Shown here in pieces: positions 10,500 through 22,537 of a DNA stretch of 64,000 nt. Within the stretch, counting starts at the first letter, position 1. Each line of letters starts with the position of its first letter. Origin of the DNA: Planctomycetia bacterium (GTDB lineage Bacteria; Planctomycetota; Planctomycetia; Pirellulales; PNKZ01); contig JAIOPP010000084.1 of NCBI GenBank assembly GCA_021413845.1, positions 69,890 to 133,889 on the forward strand. The letters are read 5' to 3'. The notes below the pieces were generated by a model. That model did no database searches and had not been told where the DNA came from. It worked only from the letters and a program-made list of their open reading frames with translations. Both the position numbers and the translations under genes were made by a program.

Positions 10500-11549
10500 T
10501 TATTCCCTTTCGATTTCTTCCAAAAAGCGGTCGACCAGATCGAACACGTCGGCCGGCGGATCGGCGATCAGCTGGACCACCGCTTCCCGCTGCCGACTTC
10601 GCTCTTCGGTGCTGAGATATTCCAGCGGAGAGCGACCGACGACCCGAGCCAAGAGGCAGCCGAGTGTGTGACGCACGCAACGCTCGACCGGCATGACTTT
10701 ATCGATGCCGAAGAAGCGGCCGATGATCGAGTAGTTGTCCCAAAACACAATCGCACCATCGGCGAATTCATCGCGCTGCTTCGGCAGGTGATGCGCTTTG
10801 CTCAACAGGTGGGTGAGCGCGAAACCGACATCGAATGCCGGGTCGCCGAAGTGGATGACTTCGTGATCGAGCAGTACGAGTCTCTTGTTTCGGACGAGCA
10901 CGTTTTTCGGACTGTAGTCGCCATGTACGAGCGTGAGCTGCTGCGCTCGAGTATCGGCGATGAGTTGCGCATAAAACTCGGCTGCACGCGCTTCGGCCAC
11001 GGCACTGACTTCGTAATACGGATGCAGCCGGAGCGACTCGAAGAACGTGCGATCACCGAACAACGGGAGCAGTTCATCGCGCCTCGCAAAGCTCTTTCCA
11101 TGGATTCCGCCGAGCAGCAGGCCGAAATCTTTGATCAAATCGAGACCGACTTCGCCCCGCAGCAACATCGACTTCCAGTTCTCATGGGGCTCGGGCACCG
11201 CTTCCATCGCCAAGACATGATGTCGCTCGTCGTCGAAGATCAGCTTCGGAATCGCGCCGGCCGGAGCAAGCTCGCCGAGCACTTGCATGCCGAGTGCTTC
11301 ACGATGCACGCGACTCGGGTCGCTGAACCAATCGCCGGGGACGCGGAGCTTCGCGAGCGATTGCTTCAAGACCCAGGCTCGGCCGTCGGCAAACGTGGCG
11401 AGCACGGTGCGACTGGAGACCCCGCCGACTAAGACCTTGTGTGATGTGAGTTCTCCCGCGCGCATCCAGTCGGCAGTGAGGAGATACGTTTCCAACACAG
11501 TGCGGCATTCGATATCGAGTTCAGCAATGTCGTCGTTCGGATCGTTCAT
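10500..11549 (-). CDS. APH/MtnK-like small-molecule kinase (phosphotransferase family)
   Basis: Brenner motif LVHGDYSPKNVLV and LDHEVIHFGDPAFDVGF. The TAA stop at 10500-10502 directly abuts the enolase-like ATG at 10497-10499. Confidence 0.8.
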   Translation of the reverse strand: MNDPNDDIAELDIECRTVLETYLLTADWMRAGELTSHKVLVGGVSSRTVLATFADGRAWVLKQSLAKLRVPGDWFSDPSRVHREALGMQVLGELAPAGAIPKLIFDDERHHVLAMEAVPEPHENWKSMLLRGEVGLDLIKDFGLLLGGIHGKSFARRDELLPLFGDRTFFESLRLHPYYEVSAVAEARAAEFYAQLIADTRAQQLTLVHGDYSPKNVLVRNKRLVLLDHEVIHFGDPAFDVGFALTHLLSKAHHLPKQRDEFADGAIVFWDNYSIIGRFFGIDKVMPVERCVRHTLGCLLARVVGRSPLEYLSTEERSRQREAVVQLIADPPADVFDLVDRFLEEIERE

Positions 11550-11574
11550 GCGAGCATTCTAGCGAAGTGCGACC

Positions 11575-11701
11575 AAAGTAGCAGGCACGTTCCACGTGCC
11601 GTCCGCCACGAAACTCATTGCGGCGCGATACGGCTTCTTTACAAAACGATGCGTGTGGCTACGGCACGTGGAACGTGCCTGCAACGTTGGCCTGCTACTT
11701 T
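11575..11701. repeat. Nested REP-like palindromic element
   Basis: Perfect 22-nt inverted repeat GCAGGCACGTTCCACGTGCCGT (11581-11602) / ACGGCACGTGGAACGTGCCTGC (11661-11682). Outer arms AAAGTAGCAGG (11575-11585) / CCTGCTACTTT (11691-11701). Each arm holds its own GGCACGT..ACGTGCC mini-hairpin. Confidence 0.8.
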
Positions 11702-12414
11702 GCGGCCAGTCGCTTGGCTTCGGTGAGCACGTCGATCAGCATCGCGTGCGTGAGTACGCCGGTAAACGTGTTCTGCTGACTCGGGTGGTAGCAGCCGACG
11801 AGGCAGCGCCCGTCGACAAGCGGTGCGATGGCGCCGTGTCCGAACTTCGGGTTGCGGATCGGCCTGCCCGGCGCGGAGGGGACGAGCAGGTCGCGAGTTT
11901 TCAATTCGCGCACCGTCGCATTCCAGGCGATTTGCCCGAGTGCGAGAAAGACTCGCACCGGCAAGAGTTCGATGGTACGCGACATCCATTCGCGGCAGTT
12001 TGCCGTTTCCTCGACCGTAGGTTTGTTATCCGGCGGCGCACAGTGGCAAACGGCCGTGACCGCGCAGTCGTGTAATGCAAGACCGTCTTCGCGAGCAGTG
12101 GAAGTCGGTTGATTCGCGAGTCCGACTTCGTGCATTGCTCGAAAGAGAAAGTCGCCGCTCCGATCACCGGTGAAGACTCGGCCCGTCCGGTTGGCGCCAT
12201 GCGCGGCTGGGGCCAGGCCGACGATCAGAATTCGAGCCCGCACGTCGCCGAAATTCGGCACCGGCAAGCCCCAGTATTCCTCTTCGCGATGCGCCGCCTT
12301 CCGTTCCGCCGCCACGCGCAAGCAATAATCGCGTAGCCGCGGGCATCGATCGCAATCGACGATCGAACGATTGAGTCGCTCCCAATCGCCGTGCGAAGAA
12401 CGTTGCCGTGCCAT
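11695..12414 (-). CDS. Uracil-DNA glycosylase, family 5 (UdgB-like)
   Basis: Motif [23 protein letters not shown]-terminal Cys cluster C..C.RC, and C-terminal HPSQQN. The ORF track starts at GTG 12423; an ATG at 12412-12414 is also possible. Confidence 0.85.
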   Translation of the reverse strand: MARQRSSHGDWERLNRSIVDCDRCPRLRDYCLRVAAERKAAHREEEYWGLPVPNFGDVRARILIVGLAPAAHGANRTGRVFTGDRSGDFLFRAMHEVGLANQPTSTAREDGLALHDCAVTAVCHCAPPDNKPTVEETANCREWMSRTIELLPVRVFLALGQIAWNATVRELKTRDLLVPSAPGRPIRNPKFGHGAIAPLVDGRCLVGCYHPSQQNTFTGVLTHAMLIDVLTEAKRLAAK

Positions 12415-12423
12415 GGACGGCAC

Positions 12424-14379
<1,956 letters not shown>

Positions 14380-14662
14380 GCGAGGCTCCCAAGGAAGGCA
14401 ATCGGAAAAAATCGGCTTGAATTCGGAACTTGTAGGACGGCTCGGATCGGGTAACGAACTAGAAGACAAAGGGCTCACGGCGGCAGCGAGAAATACGCTA
14501 CCGCGCGGGCGAAACGAAGCTCTCGTCCCGATCGGAGGCCGCCGTTGAAAGCGGATCCGCGATTCTAAAGTGGGCGGAAAGCAGTGTCAAATACGCGAAA
14601 ATCGCGAAAACAGGCGGAGTCAACCGCATGTCGCGAAGCTGCGCGGCTAACGAGGCCTGTGC

Positions 14663-15403
14663 CTACGGCAACTCTTTAACGTAGATGTTCTTGAAAAAGA
14701 GGACGTTGCCGTGGTTCTGGAGTTCGATGGTTCCCTTGGGATAGATCGGAGTCTTGCGATCCTTGTCCCAATAGTTTTCCATCACGACATCGTCGACGAC
14801 GAGTTCGCCGTTGAGCTTTACGCACACACTATCGCCGACCATTTTGATCCAGAACGTGTTCCATTGGCCGATCGTTTTATCGGCGACCTTCGTCGGCTTG
14901 CTCGGATTCTTCGCGTTGTTGTAAATGCCGCCGGAGCCGATTCGCTCGTTCGATTTCTTGATTTGGAGGTCGGGATCCCAGATCTGAATCTGAGGGCTGC
15001 CGCGCAGATAGATGCCGCTGTCGCCGTCTTTTTCGATCTTCCAATCGACATAGAGTTCGAAGTTGCCGTAGTCCTTATCGGTGCAAAGGTTTTGCCCTTT
15101 GCCGTCGAACAGGATGACGCCGTCGACGGCCTTCCAATGTTGCTTGGCCGATTCGTCGCCGATTTTTTGCGCCGTGGCAAGCTCCTCAGGCGACGCAGCA
15201 AGCCGCTCCGGCATCGTCAGCCCGGTCGTCTTCGTCGGGTCTTTCGCTTGCGGCTTGAGCGGCAGGCCGCGCCAGTTGTCGAGATCCTTGCCGTTAAACA
15301 GCGCGACGAAGCCTTCCGGAGGTGTATTGTCGGCGGCAGAAGCGACGAACGGAAACGCCGCAAAGATACTTGCGAAGAAGAGCGTGGTGCGTGCGAACGA
15401 CAT
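14663..15403 (-). CDS. DUF1080 (3-keto-disaccharide hydrolase-like) secreted protein
   Basis: Signal peptide MSFARTTLFFASIFAAFPFVASA; LFNGKDLDNW, GNFELYVDWK, DSGIYLRG, IELQNHG..FFKNIYVKEL. Confidence 0.85.
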   Translation of the reverse strand: MSFARTTLFFASIFAAFPFVASAADNTPPEGFVALFNGKDLDNWRGLPLKPQAKDPTKTTGLTMPERLAASPEELATAQKIGDESAKQHWKAVDGVILFDGKGQNLCTDKDYGNFELYVDWKIEKDGDSGIYLRGSPQIQIWDPDLQIKKSNERIGSGGIYNNAKNPSKPTKVADKTIGQWNTFWIKMVGDSVCVKLNGELVVDDVVMENYWDKDRKTPIYPKGTIELQNHGNVLFFKNIYVKELP

Positions 15404-15539
15404 GGCGTGAACTCCGGAGGGAAATCGAAGGCGGTGCGCAGGGCGAGCAATCGCGCAAAGCATAATCCCCCCTCCGACACGACGCAAACGATTCCACCGG
15501 CCCGGCGTAAAACCAATGATCCACCGCCGCCATGCCCTG

Positions 15540-16709
15540 TTAGAGCGCGGCGGTCAATTTCTTCTCATCCGTTTTGCCGACATCGGTCGAACGGGTCAGG
15601 GCGAAAGGGCTTCCCTTCCGGCGCGTATCGCCGAAGCTGATGCCCAACGCTCGCGCCGCCCGTACGGCCGAGCTATCCGGCTCGACAGTCCGGAGTTTCG
15701 CCACGGCGTCGGTAATCCAGACGCTGTCGATCGACGGCGGATTAAAGCACACCATCCGACCGAATTCGCCGCGATGGATCAAGTCTACGGCGAACGCTCC
15801 GAACTGCGTGGCGAGCACGCGATCGAACGTCGTCGGCGGGCCGCCGCGTTGCAAGTGGCCGAGCACGACGCAGCGCGTCTCGCGTCCGAGGCGCGATTGA
15901 ATCTCGGCAGCGACGACGTTCCCGATTCCGCCGAGAGCGGCTTGGCTGTTTTCCTGAGCACCGGTTCTGGTAACGACGCCCCCTTGCGGCAGGTGAGCTC
16001 CTTCGGCAACGACGATGAGCGTGAATTTTTTTCCTTGATGATCCCGCTCGAGAATCTTTTGGCAGACCCCCTCGAAGGTCCAATCGATTTCCGGAAGGAG
16101 AATCACATCGCCGCCGCCGGCGATTCCGGCATGCAGGGCGATCCATCCGGCATGTCGGCCCATCACTTCGAGCACCATCACACGGTCGTGCGCCGCGGCC
16201 GTGGTGTGGAGACGATCCAGCGCATCGGTGGCGCAAGCAACCGCGCTATCGAAGCCGAACGTATAGGCCGTGGCCGAAAGGTCGTTGTCGATCGTTTTCG
16301 GAACTCCGACGACCGGAATTCCATGCTCGTGAAACTGTTGAGCGATCGAAAGGGAGCCGTCGCCGCCGATGCACACGATGCCGGACAAGTTCAATTGCTC
16401 GACCGTCGCCTGCACGCCGGCCAACAACTCCGGATCGAGTTCTTCGCGGTTGTCGACTCCCGATCGAGCGACGAAGCGCCCTTTGTTGGTCGAGCCGAGA
16501 ATCGTGCCTCCCTGATTGAGAATGCCCGAGGTGTTTTTCGAGTTGAGTTGCTTGTAAGTGACGGGATCGACGAGCCCTTCATAACCGCGCAAGAAGCCGA
16601 TGCATTCGTAGCCGAGTTGCTGCGAGCTTTTCACGGTGCCGCGAATAACCGCGTTGAGTCCCGGACAATCGCCGCCGCTGGTGAGAATGCCGATGCGCTT
16701 CGTGGTCAT
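15540..16709 (-). CDS. pfkA: 6-phosphofructokinase
   Basis: IGILTSGGDCPGLNAVIRG, IGGDGS, PKTIDNDL, MGRHAGW. Confidence 0.9.
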   Translation of the reverse strand: MTTKRIGILTSGGDCPGLNAVIRGTVKSSQQLGYECIGFLRGYEGLVDPVTYKQLNSKNTSGILNQGGTILGSTNKGRFVARSGVDNREELDPELLAGVQATVEQLNLSGIVCIGGDGSLSIAQQFHEHGIPVVGVPKTIDNDLSATAYTFGFDSAVACATDALDRLHTTAAAHDRVMVLEVMGRHAGWIALHAGIAGGGDVILLPEIDWTFEGVCQKILERDHQGKKFTLIVVAEGAHLPQGGVVTRTGAQENSQAALGGIGNVVAAEIQSRLGRETRCVVLGHLQRGGPPTTFDRVLATQFGAFAVDLIHRGEFGRMVCFNPPSIDSVWITDAVAKLRTVEPDSSAVRAARALGISFGDTRRKGSPFALTRSTDVGKTDEKKLTAAL

Positions 16710-17010
16710 GACGATGTCCGCAGTTTGGAGGAAGAGATACGTGAGCCCGAACGTAGCGTTGCGCGAATTGCAACTTCTTAGGAACAGCCGTTATCGCGAA
16801 AGAAAGAACGATCGGTCGACCCACAAACGTAGGTCGCGCTTAAGTCGTAGGGTGTTAAGCGGGCGATGCAGCGGTCGTCGTGTGCGGAGGGCGAGGCCGC
16901 GAACGGTTGTCGGACGTACGGCTTATGCTGGACATGCCGGTCGGTCGTATTATGCTGGCGGCGAGTTCGGTAATGCAAATCTCTGGATTTATTCGGAAAG
17001 TGCCACGCCC

Positions 17011-17820
17011 ATGAACGTCAGACTTAGGTTCGTTTCCGCTTTGTTCGGCCTAGCCGTCTCCTTCAGCGCGGCTCCGTTCGCGACGGCTCAAGCACCCGCG
17101 GTGCCGTCCGCACCGGTGATTCAGACGAAGCCGGCTCCTTCGGCCACGGCGAAGCCCGTCGAACCGCCGGAAGCGCCCGATGTTACGATCACACCCGTGT
17201 CGCGCGACGGCAAATGGATGATTCGGCATGAGCTGATTAACTCGCGCGCCGTTCCCGGCGAGGTCGACGTCATTTTCTTCGGCGACTCGATCACGCAAGG
17301 TTGGGAAGGAGACGGCAAGGAAGTATGGGCCAAGTATTACGGCTCGCGTAAGGCGATGAATGCCGGCATTAGCGGAGATAGGACGCAGCACGTTCTGTGG
17401 AGAATCGAAAACGGCAACATCAAAGGGATCACACCGAAGTTGGCGGTGTTGATGATCGGCACGAACAACTCCGGCAGAAACACGTCGGAGCAGATCGCCG
17501 ACGGCATTAAGGCCATCGTCGCCAAGCTTCGAGAGAAGTTGCCGCAGACGAAAGTGCTTGTTCTCGCGGTGTTTCCTCGCGGTCCGGATGCAGCCAGTAA
17601 GTTGCGCATCGTGAACGAGAAAGCCAACGCCATCGTGAAGTCGCTCGACGACGGTAAGTCGATCTTTTATCTCGACATCGGCCCGCAATTCCTCAGCGCC
17701 GATGGTACGCTCGACAAGAAGATTATGTACGACCTGCTACATCTCACCCCGGAAGGCTACGAGATCTGGGCGAAGAGCATCGAGCCGAAAGTCGTCGAGC
17801 TGCTCGGGGAGAAAAAGTAG
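17011..17820 (+). CDS. SGNH/GDSL hydrolase (PAF-acetylhydrolase / sialate O-acetylesterase-like), secreted
   Basis: Signal peptide MNVRLRFVSALFGLAVSFSAAPFATAQA. Block I FFGDSITQGW, block II GISGDRT, block III IGTNN, block V DLLHLTPEGY. Confidence 0.85.
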   Translation: MNVRLRFVSALFGLAVSFSAAPFATAQAPAVPSAPVIQTKPAPSATAKPVEPPEAPDVTITPVSRDGKWMIRHELINSRAVPGEVDVIFFGDSITQGWEGDGKEVWAKYYGSRKAMNAGISGDRTQHVLWRIENGNIKGITPKLAVLMIGTNNSGRNTSEQIADGIKAIVAKLREKLPQTKVLVLAVFPRGPDAASKLRIVNEKANAIVKSLDDGKSIFYLDIGPQFLSADGTLDKKIMYDLLHLTPEGYEIWAKSIEPKVVELLGEKK

Positions 17821-17879
17821 CAAGACCATGGCTCGATGTCGGCGAATCGCATTGAGCATGCGCCGACGTCGGCCGGTCT

Positions 17880-19076
17880 CTACGCATCGAACTCGAGGCG
17901 GTCCAAAATCGATAGTCCGATCTGTAGCGCACTCGTCGCTGCCGGTGATGGCGCATTGCAGACATTCACGACTCGCCCGAAGTTTTGGATGACGAAATCA
18001 TCGACGATCGAGCCATCGTTCGCGACGGCTTGCGCCCGCACTCCCGCCGGAGCCGCCGTGAGCTGATCGCTCGTGATCTCGGGAATGAGCCGTTGCAAGG
18101 CCGCGACGAACGCTCCTTTGCTGAACGAACGCCGCATTTCGCCGAGGCCCGTGCGCCAATGCTTCGCCGCGAGTTTGCGAAACCCACGATACGCGAGCGT
18201 CTCGCCGAGGTCGCGGAGGTTGATGTCGCGCTTCCGATATCCTTCACGTGCGAACGCCAACACGGCGTTCGGTCCGCATTCCACTTTGCCGCTCGTCATC
18301 CTTGTGAAGTGGACTCCGAGAAACGGAAAGCTTGGGTCGGGCACCGGATAGATCAGATTTCTGCAGAGGTGCTTGGCCTCGGGCTTGAGCTCGTAATACT
18401 CGCCGCGAAACGGCACGATCTTCACTTCCGGCTCGCGCCCGCTCAGCCGTGTCGTCCGATCGGAATGCAGACCGGTGCAGTTCACGATGCGCGACGCCCG
18501 AAATTCACCGGCCGTCGTCGTTACCACAACGCCGTCGGTTTCTTGCCGCATCGCCGTGACCTTGGCCTGCGTCGTGAACTCGCCGCCGGCTTCTTGAATT
18601 CGCTCGACGAGCCGGCGGCAAACTCCGCGATAGTCGACGATGCCCGCCTCCGGCACATGGATCGCTCGAATCCCTGCGGTATACGGCTCGAGTTCGCAGA
18701 GCCGTTCGCGACCGATCATCTCGCATTGCACGCCGTTGGCTTGGCCGCGCTCGAAAATCCGTTGCAAGCCCGGCAACTCTTGCTCGCTACAGGCGACGAT
18801 GACCTTGCCGCAAACGTCGTAAGCGACACCCTCGCGCTCGCAAAACTCTTCCATCAACTTTTTGCCGCTACGACAATTTAGCGCTCGCAACGAGCCCGGC
18901 TTGTAGTAGATTCCGGAGTGCAACACGCCGGAGTTGTGCCCCGTCTGATGAGCGGCGGGCCCGGCTTCTTTCTCCAGCACTCGAATCGTTCGTCCAGGAA
19001 AGCGCTGCGTGAATTGATACGCCGTGGAGAGCCCGACGATTCCTCCGCCGATCACGATCACATCGGATGTTTGCAT
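17880..19076 (-). CDS. lhgO: L-2-hydroxyglutarate oxidase/dehydrogenase (FAD)
   Basis: [18 protein letters not shown] fold; [27 protein letters not shown] signature. Start trimmed to the ATG at 19074-19076. Confidence 0.85.
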   Translation of the reverse strand: MQTSDVIVIGGGIVGLSTAYQFTQRFPGRTIRVLEKEAGPAAHQTGHNSGVLHSGIYYKPGSLRALNCRSGKKLMEEFCEREGVAYDVCGKVIVACSEQELPGLQRIFERGQANGVQCEMIGRERLCELEPYTAGIRAIHVPEAGIVDYRGVCRRLVERIQEAGGEFTTQAKVTAMRQETDGVVVTTTAGEFRASRIVNCTGLHSDRTTRLSGREPEVKIVPFRGEYYELKPEAKHLCRNLIYPVPDPSFPFLGVHFTRMTSGKVECGPNAVLAFAREGYRKRDINLRDLGETLAYRGFRKLAAKHWRTGLGEMRRSFSKGAFVAALQRLIPEITSDQLTAAPAGVRAQAVANDGSIVDDFVIQNFGRVVNVCNAPSPAATSALQIGLSILDRLEFDA

Positions 19077-19111
19077 GCGAGTTCCGAAAAAACAACTTCG
19101 GCGAATCGAGA

Positions 19112-21028
19112 TCAGCGCAACAACAGCAAGCGATAGCGTCGCCGCTCGCCGTCGACATCGCTGTGCCACTCGCCGACGGTCGTCGGGCCGGTCGTGGGTC
19201 GGGCCGCCATCGCCGTGTCGGCCAGCGTCGACAGCGTGGCATCATAGCCGATCGTGCGGCTGCTTGCTCCGTCGTCGGCCTCGTTCTCGGCGAGAAAAAG
19301 ATGGGTAAAACCCGCGGCTTTTAATCGCTGCTCGAACGGTGTCGCGTCGGCGAGCGTCGGGCGATTGTAGCCCGTATAGCGACGATAGATGTTCTCGCGC
19401 GTCCAACGAGGGTAGTAGTAAAACGCGCGTTGTTCTTGGCTCAGCACATGCGCATCGCTCGACAGATTGCGATTGATCCACGCGGCCGAATCGAACGTCG
19501 GCTCGCGACGCGCGAGAAACGCTTCCCGCGATTCCATTCCCGTCGCCACGGCGAATAGAGGGCGTGCTCTCACCATAGGAATCGTTGCAAGGCAGAGCAG
19601 CACGATTACGAAAGCCGAGCGTGCGATGCGTCGTGGCAACGGCGACCAGTTCGCCATCTCGCAGAGAGCCGCCATCGCGATGACGGAGAAGATCGGTACC
19701 AGCGGAAACAGAAACCGCACGTTTTGTCGTAACAGCACGCAGCCCATTCCGTAGAACGCCGCCGTGATCGCAAGCGGTCGCAATTCGCGGCGTCTGGAAG
19801 AAACGATCACGCAGGGGGCCAGCATCAGGAATAACGGCCCGAGTTGTTGCCCGCGCCCCCCGAATCGCTCGGGCTCCATCGTCATCGACCAAGGTGCTAA
19901 GAGCAGAGCCCCGAAGCCACGGCCGAGCGGCGTCTTCGATTCCGGGAAGGTCGACGGTGCTCCCTCGGTAAAGTGTGTGGAGAGAAACGGAAACACCGGA
20001 TCGCCTCGATGATAGCCGGCTCGCAGGTACCAAGGTCCGGCGACGACCGCGGCCGCGGCAACCGCGACGCACGTACCTCGGATCCACTGCGGCCGGCTGG
20101 AAAGTCGCGCTCGCGCGATCGTCGCGAAAGCGAGAGTCGCAAGTACGCCCGCGAAGACGAGACCGGTGTACTTCACGGCCAACGCTCCGCCGACCATCAA
20201 GCCGAGCATCGTTAACGATGATTTTCGCGGCAACGAATCTCGATTCGGATCTTGCGCCGCGCGCAGCCAGGCGGTGAGCGCCAATGTCGTATAAAGCGAA
20301 AGCGCAACGTCGTTCAAGGGGGCGGTCATCTGATTGTTGATGCCGGGCGTAAGCAGCACGATGCAAGCCGCACCGGCGCTCCCGTTCCGTCCTAGCAGCG
20401 GCAAGGCCAGCACATAAGCAGCTCCTGCCAAAAGTGCGCCGCTGAACCAGTGCATCAGTTGAGCACCGCTTGCGCCATCGATCGCGAGCCCCCACAGAAA
20501 CCACATCTCGGCGAGCAACGGAAACGTCGAGTTATCGTTGTCGCGATAGTAAGTCAGCGCATTATCAGCGAGAAACCGCTTCGGCAATTCCAAGTGATAA
20601 CAAAGCGCATCGCCTGCGAGCGGGGGAGCGAGCGCCGCAACAAACGAAGCCGCAAGTGCGATACCGGCGCATCCTGCGACGAGCCTCCGCAAGTTCAAGG
20701 GGAGTGTATCGTCCAGCGTCCTCGCGACCGGTTGTTCGCTCCAAAAACGGCGAAGTTCGCTACGCATCCGAACGACGCCGAGCGTGGCGGCTACGAGCGT
20801 CAGCGCGACGATCCAGTTTTCGTATAGCATGCCGGCCAACCCGAGCAGCCCTAAAAACGTTCCCCACAGCAACAACCCTAATGCCGCTTCCCAGACGACC
20901 CGACCACGCCGCTCGCTCGCGATCGTAACACAGCAATAGGGGAGCGCGATGCTGCCGACCGACCATGCCGCCGTTGCGATCGTCGCGAAGGCGAGCACCG
21001 TACGAAGTTGCAGCAGCAGGGGAATCAT
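19112..21028 (-). CDS. Polytopic membrane protein, GT-C (ArnT/PMT-like) glycosyltransferase candidate
   Basis: About 10 or more hydrophobic helices followed by a ~150-aa soluble C-terminal domain. The YHLELPKRF loop resembles GT39/GT83 families. ATG at 21026-21028; the track uses TTG at 21040. Confidence 0.55.
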   Translation of the reverse strand: MIPLLLQLRTVLAFATIATAAWSVGSIALPYCCVTIASERRGRVVWEAALGLLLWGTFLGLLGLAGMLYENWIVALTLVAATLGVVRMRSELRRFWSEQPVARTLDDTLPLNLRRLVAGCAGIALAASFVAALAPPLAGDALCYHLELPKRFLADNALTYYRDNDNSTFPLLAEMWFLWGLAIDGASGAQLMHWFSGALLAGAAYVLALPLLGRNGSAGAACIVLLTPGINNQMTAPLNDVALSLYTTLALTAWLRAAQDPNRDSLPRKSSLTMLGLMVGGALAVKYTGLVFAGVLATLAFATIARARLSSRPQWIRGTCVAVAAAAVVAGPWYLRAGYHRGDPVFPFLSTHFTEGAPSTFPESKTPLGRGFGALLLAPWSMTMEPERFGGRGQQLGPLFLMLAPCVIVSSRRRELRPLAITAAFYGMGCVLLRQNVRFLFPLVPIFSVIAMAALCEMANWSPLPRRIARSAFVIVLLCLATIPMVRARPLFAVATGMESREAFLARREPTFDSAAWINRNLSSDAHVLSQEQRAFYYYPRWTRENIYRRYTGYNRPTLADATPFEQRLKAAGFTHLFLAENEADDGASSRTIGYDATLSTLADTAMAARPTTGPTTVGEWHSDVDGERRRYRLLLLR

Positions 21029-21056
21029 GGCGTCGCTCAATCGCTCGGAAACCGAA

Positions 21057-21281
21057 TCAATTCGAAACGAAATAGCCGCTCAACATTTTCACGAGATACA
21101 CGACGGCAACCGTCGAGATCCAAATCGCGCCGAGCCAATGTTGCCAAGCTGCCGTCGGATGGCGGCGAGGTTCCGCGTCGGGACGCGAGAGCAAGCTTTT
21201 CACGATCCATTGACGCGCCTTGCGACTTTCCGCCGACATGCGCGAACGCTGCGATTTCGGCTCTCGGATGGGTGCGATCAT
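21057..21281 (-). CDS. Small (74 aa) basic protein with one C-terminal TM helix
   Basis: Its ATG overlaps the stop of the upstream GT9 gene as ATGA (21278-21281). TM segment WLGAIWISTVAVVYLVKML. Confidence 0.35.
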   Translation of the reverse strand: MIAPIREPKSQRSRMSAESRKARQWIVKSLLSRPDAEPRRHPTAAWQHWLGAIWISTVAVVYLVKMLSGYFVSN

Positions 21282-22537
21282 GGTCGTTTATCGTTTCCGA
21301 GTCGCTTGTTCGACTGTGCGTTCGATAAGAAATGCGGCGCCATCGTGGCCGGCGTATCGAGGATTCGTCGAACGGTCTGCATCACATCGTCGGGCGTGAG
21401 TTCGCTCATGCACGGATGATTCGCCACCGGACAACGCGAAGCGAAGCACGGCGCACACGCCACGGCATGACGCACCACGGCAACGCGATGTCCCCACGGT
21501 TGCCATTGGTCCGACACGGTCGAGCCGCTGAATAAGGACACGACGCGCGCACCGGTCGCTGCCGCAAGATGCGCCGGGCCGCTATCGGCACCGATGAACA
21601 GTTCCGTCCGTTGCACGAGCGATGCGAGTTGGTCGAGCGTAAGCCGTCCGGTCCAATCCATGACCCCCGGCCAGAACATTTCTTGCGTGATTTCGCGCCC
21701 CGTTTCGACGTCTCCTTGGCCTCCGACCAAGATCACGCGGGCATGACGTTCAACGATGGCTCGGCCCAAGAGTTCGCGCCAATGCTTCACCGGCCAAGCC
21801 TTCGCTGAAGTTCCGGCGCCGACATGCAAGGCCCACAACGGTCGACTTCCTTGTCGGAACTCGCCGAGCATGTGCGTGACGAAACGAATCGCTTCCGACG
21901 ACGGAACGAACTTCGGCCCTTCCGTGGAGCGGACGTCGGCTCCGAGAGCCGCGAGTAGCGCTCGCCGCGAATCGACTTCATGCCGCCCGCGTACGAACTC
22001 CGCCGAATCCGTAAGCAGGAAACCTCCGCCGGCGCAAGCCCAACCGACGCGCCGCGGGATGCCGCACAGCCGCATCAGCACGGCATTAGGAAAGTCGCCT
22101 CGGACATCGATTGCGAGATCGTAGCATCGAGCTCGAAGCGCCGGAGCCCAGAGATAGAACGGGAACGGCCAACCCGCCTTAAAGTTTCGGCGAAAACGGT
22201 TCCAACGGCTGACGTAAATGCGCCCGATCTCCTTCGAGGCCGCGAAGACTTCGCAATTCCACGGTGCCGCGAGCACATCGATCGTCGCTTGCGGAAACCG
22301 TCGCTTGAGCGACGCAAACATCGAGGTCGTCATGACGGCATCGCCGAGATGATCGAGTTGAATCAAGAGGATCTTGCCGACCGCTTCCGGATCGAGCGGT
22401 TTCGCAGCGGCTTCGCCGAACACCCTTCGCCAAGCATGCAACCATGCCGCGCCGATCGCATCGACGACGGCGAATAGCCATCGCCAGCGCGCGCGGACGA
22501 ACCGGTAGCGAGTTGTGAGAGAGTTATTGAAGTTCAT
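21278..22537 (-). CDS. Glycosyltransferase family 9 (heptosyltransferase-like)
   Basis: ILLIQLDHLGDAVMTTSMFASLKRRFP and LFIGADSGPAHLAAATGARVVSLF motifs. Confidence 0.85.
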   Translation of the reverse strand: MNFNNSLTTRYRFVRARWRWLFAVVDAIGAAWLHAWRRVFGEAAAKPLDPEAVGKILLIQLDHLGDAVMTTSMFASLKRRFPQATIDVLAAPWNCEVFAASKEIGRIYVSRWNRFRRNFKAGWPFPFYLWAPALRARCYDLAIDVRGDFPNAVLMRLCGIPRRVGWACAGGGFLLTDSAEFVRGRHEVDSRRALLAALGADVRSTEGPKFVPSSEAIRFVTHMLGEFRQGSRPLWALHVGAGTSAKAWPVKHWRELLGRAIVERHARVILVGGQGDVETGREITQEMFWPGVMDWTGRLTLDQLASLVQRTELFIGADSGPAHLAAATGARVVSLFSGSTVSDQWQPWGHRVAVVRHAVACAPCFASRCPVANHPCMSELTPDDVMQTVRRILDTPATMAPHFLSNAQSNKRLGNDKRP

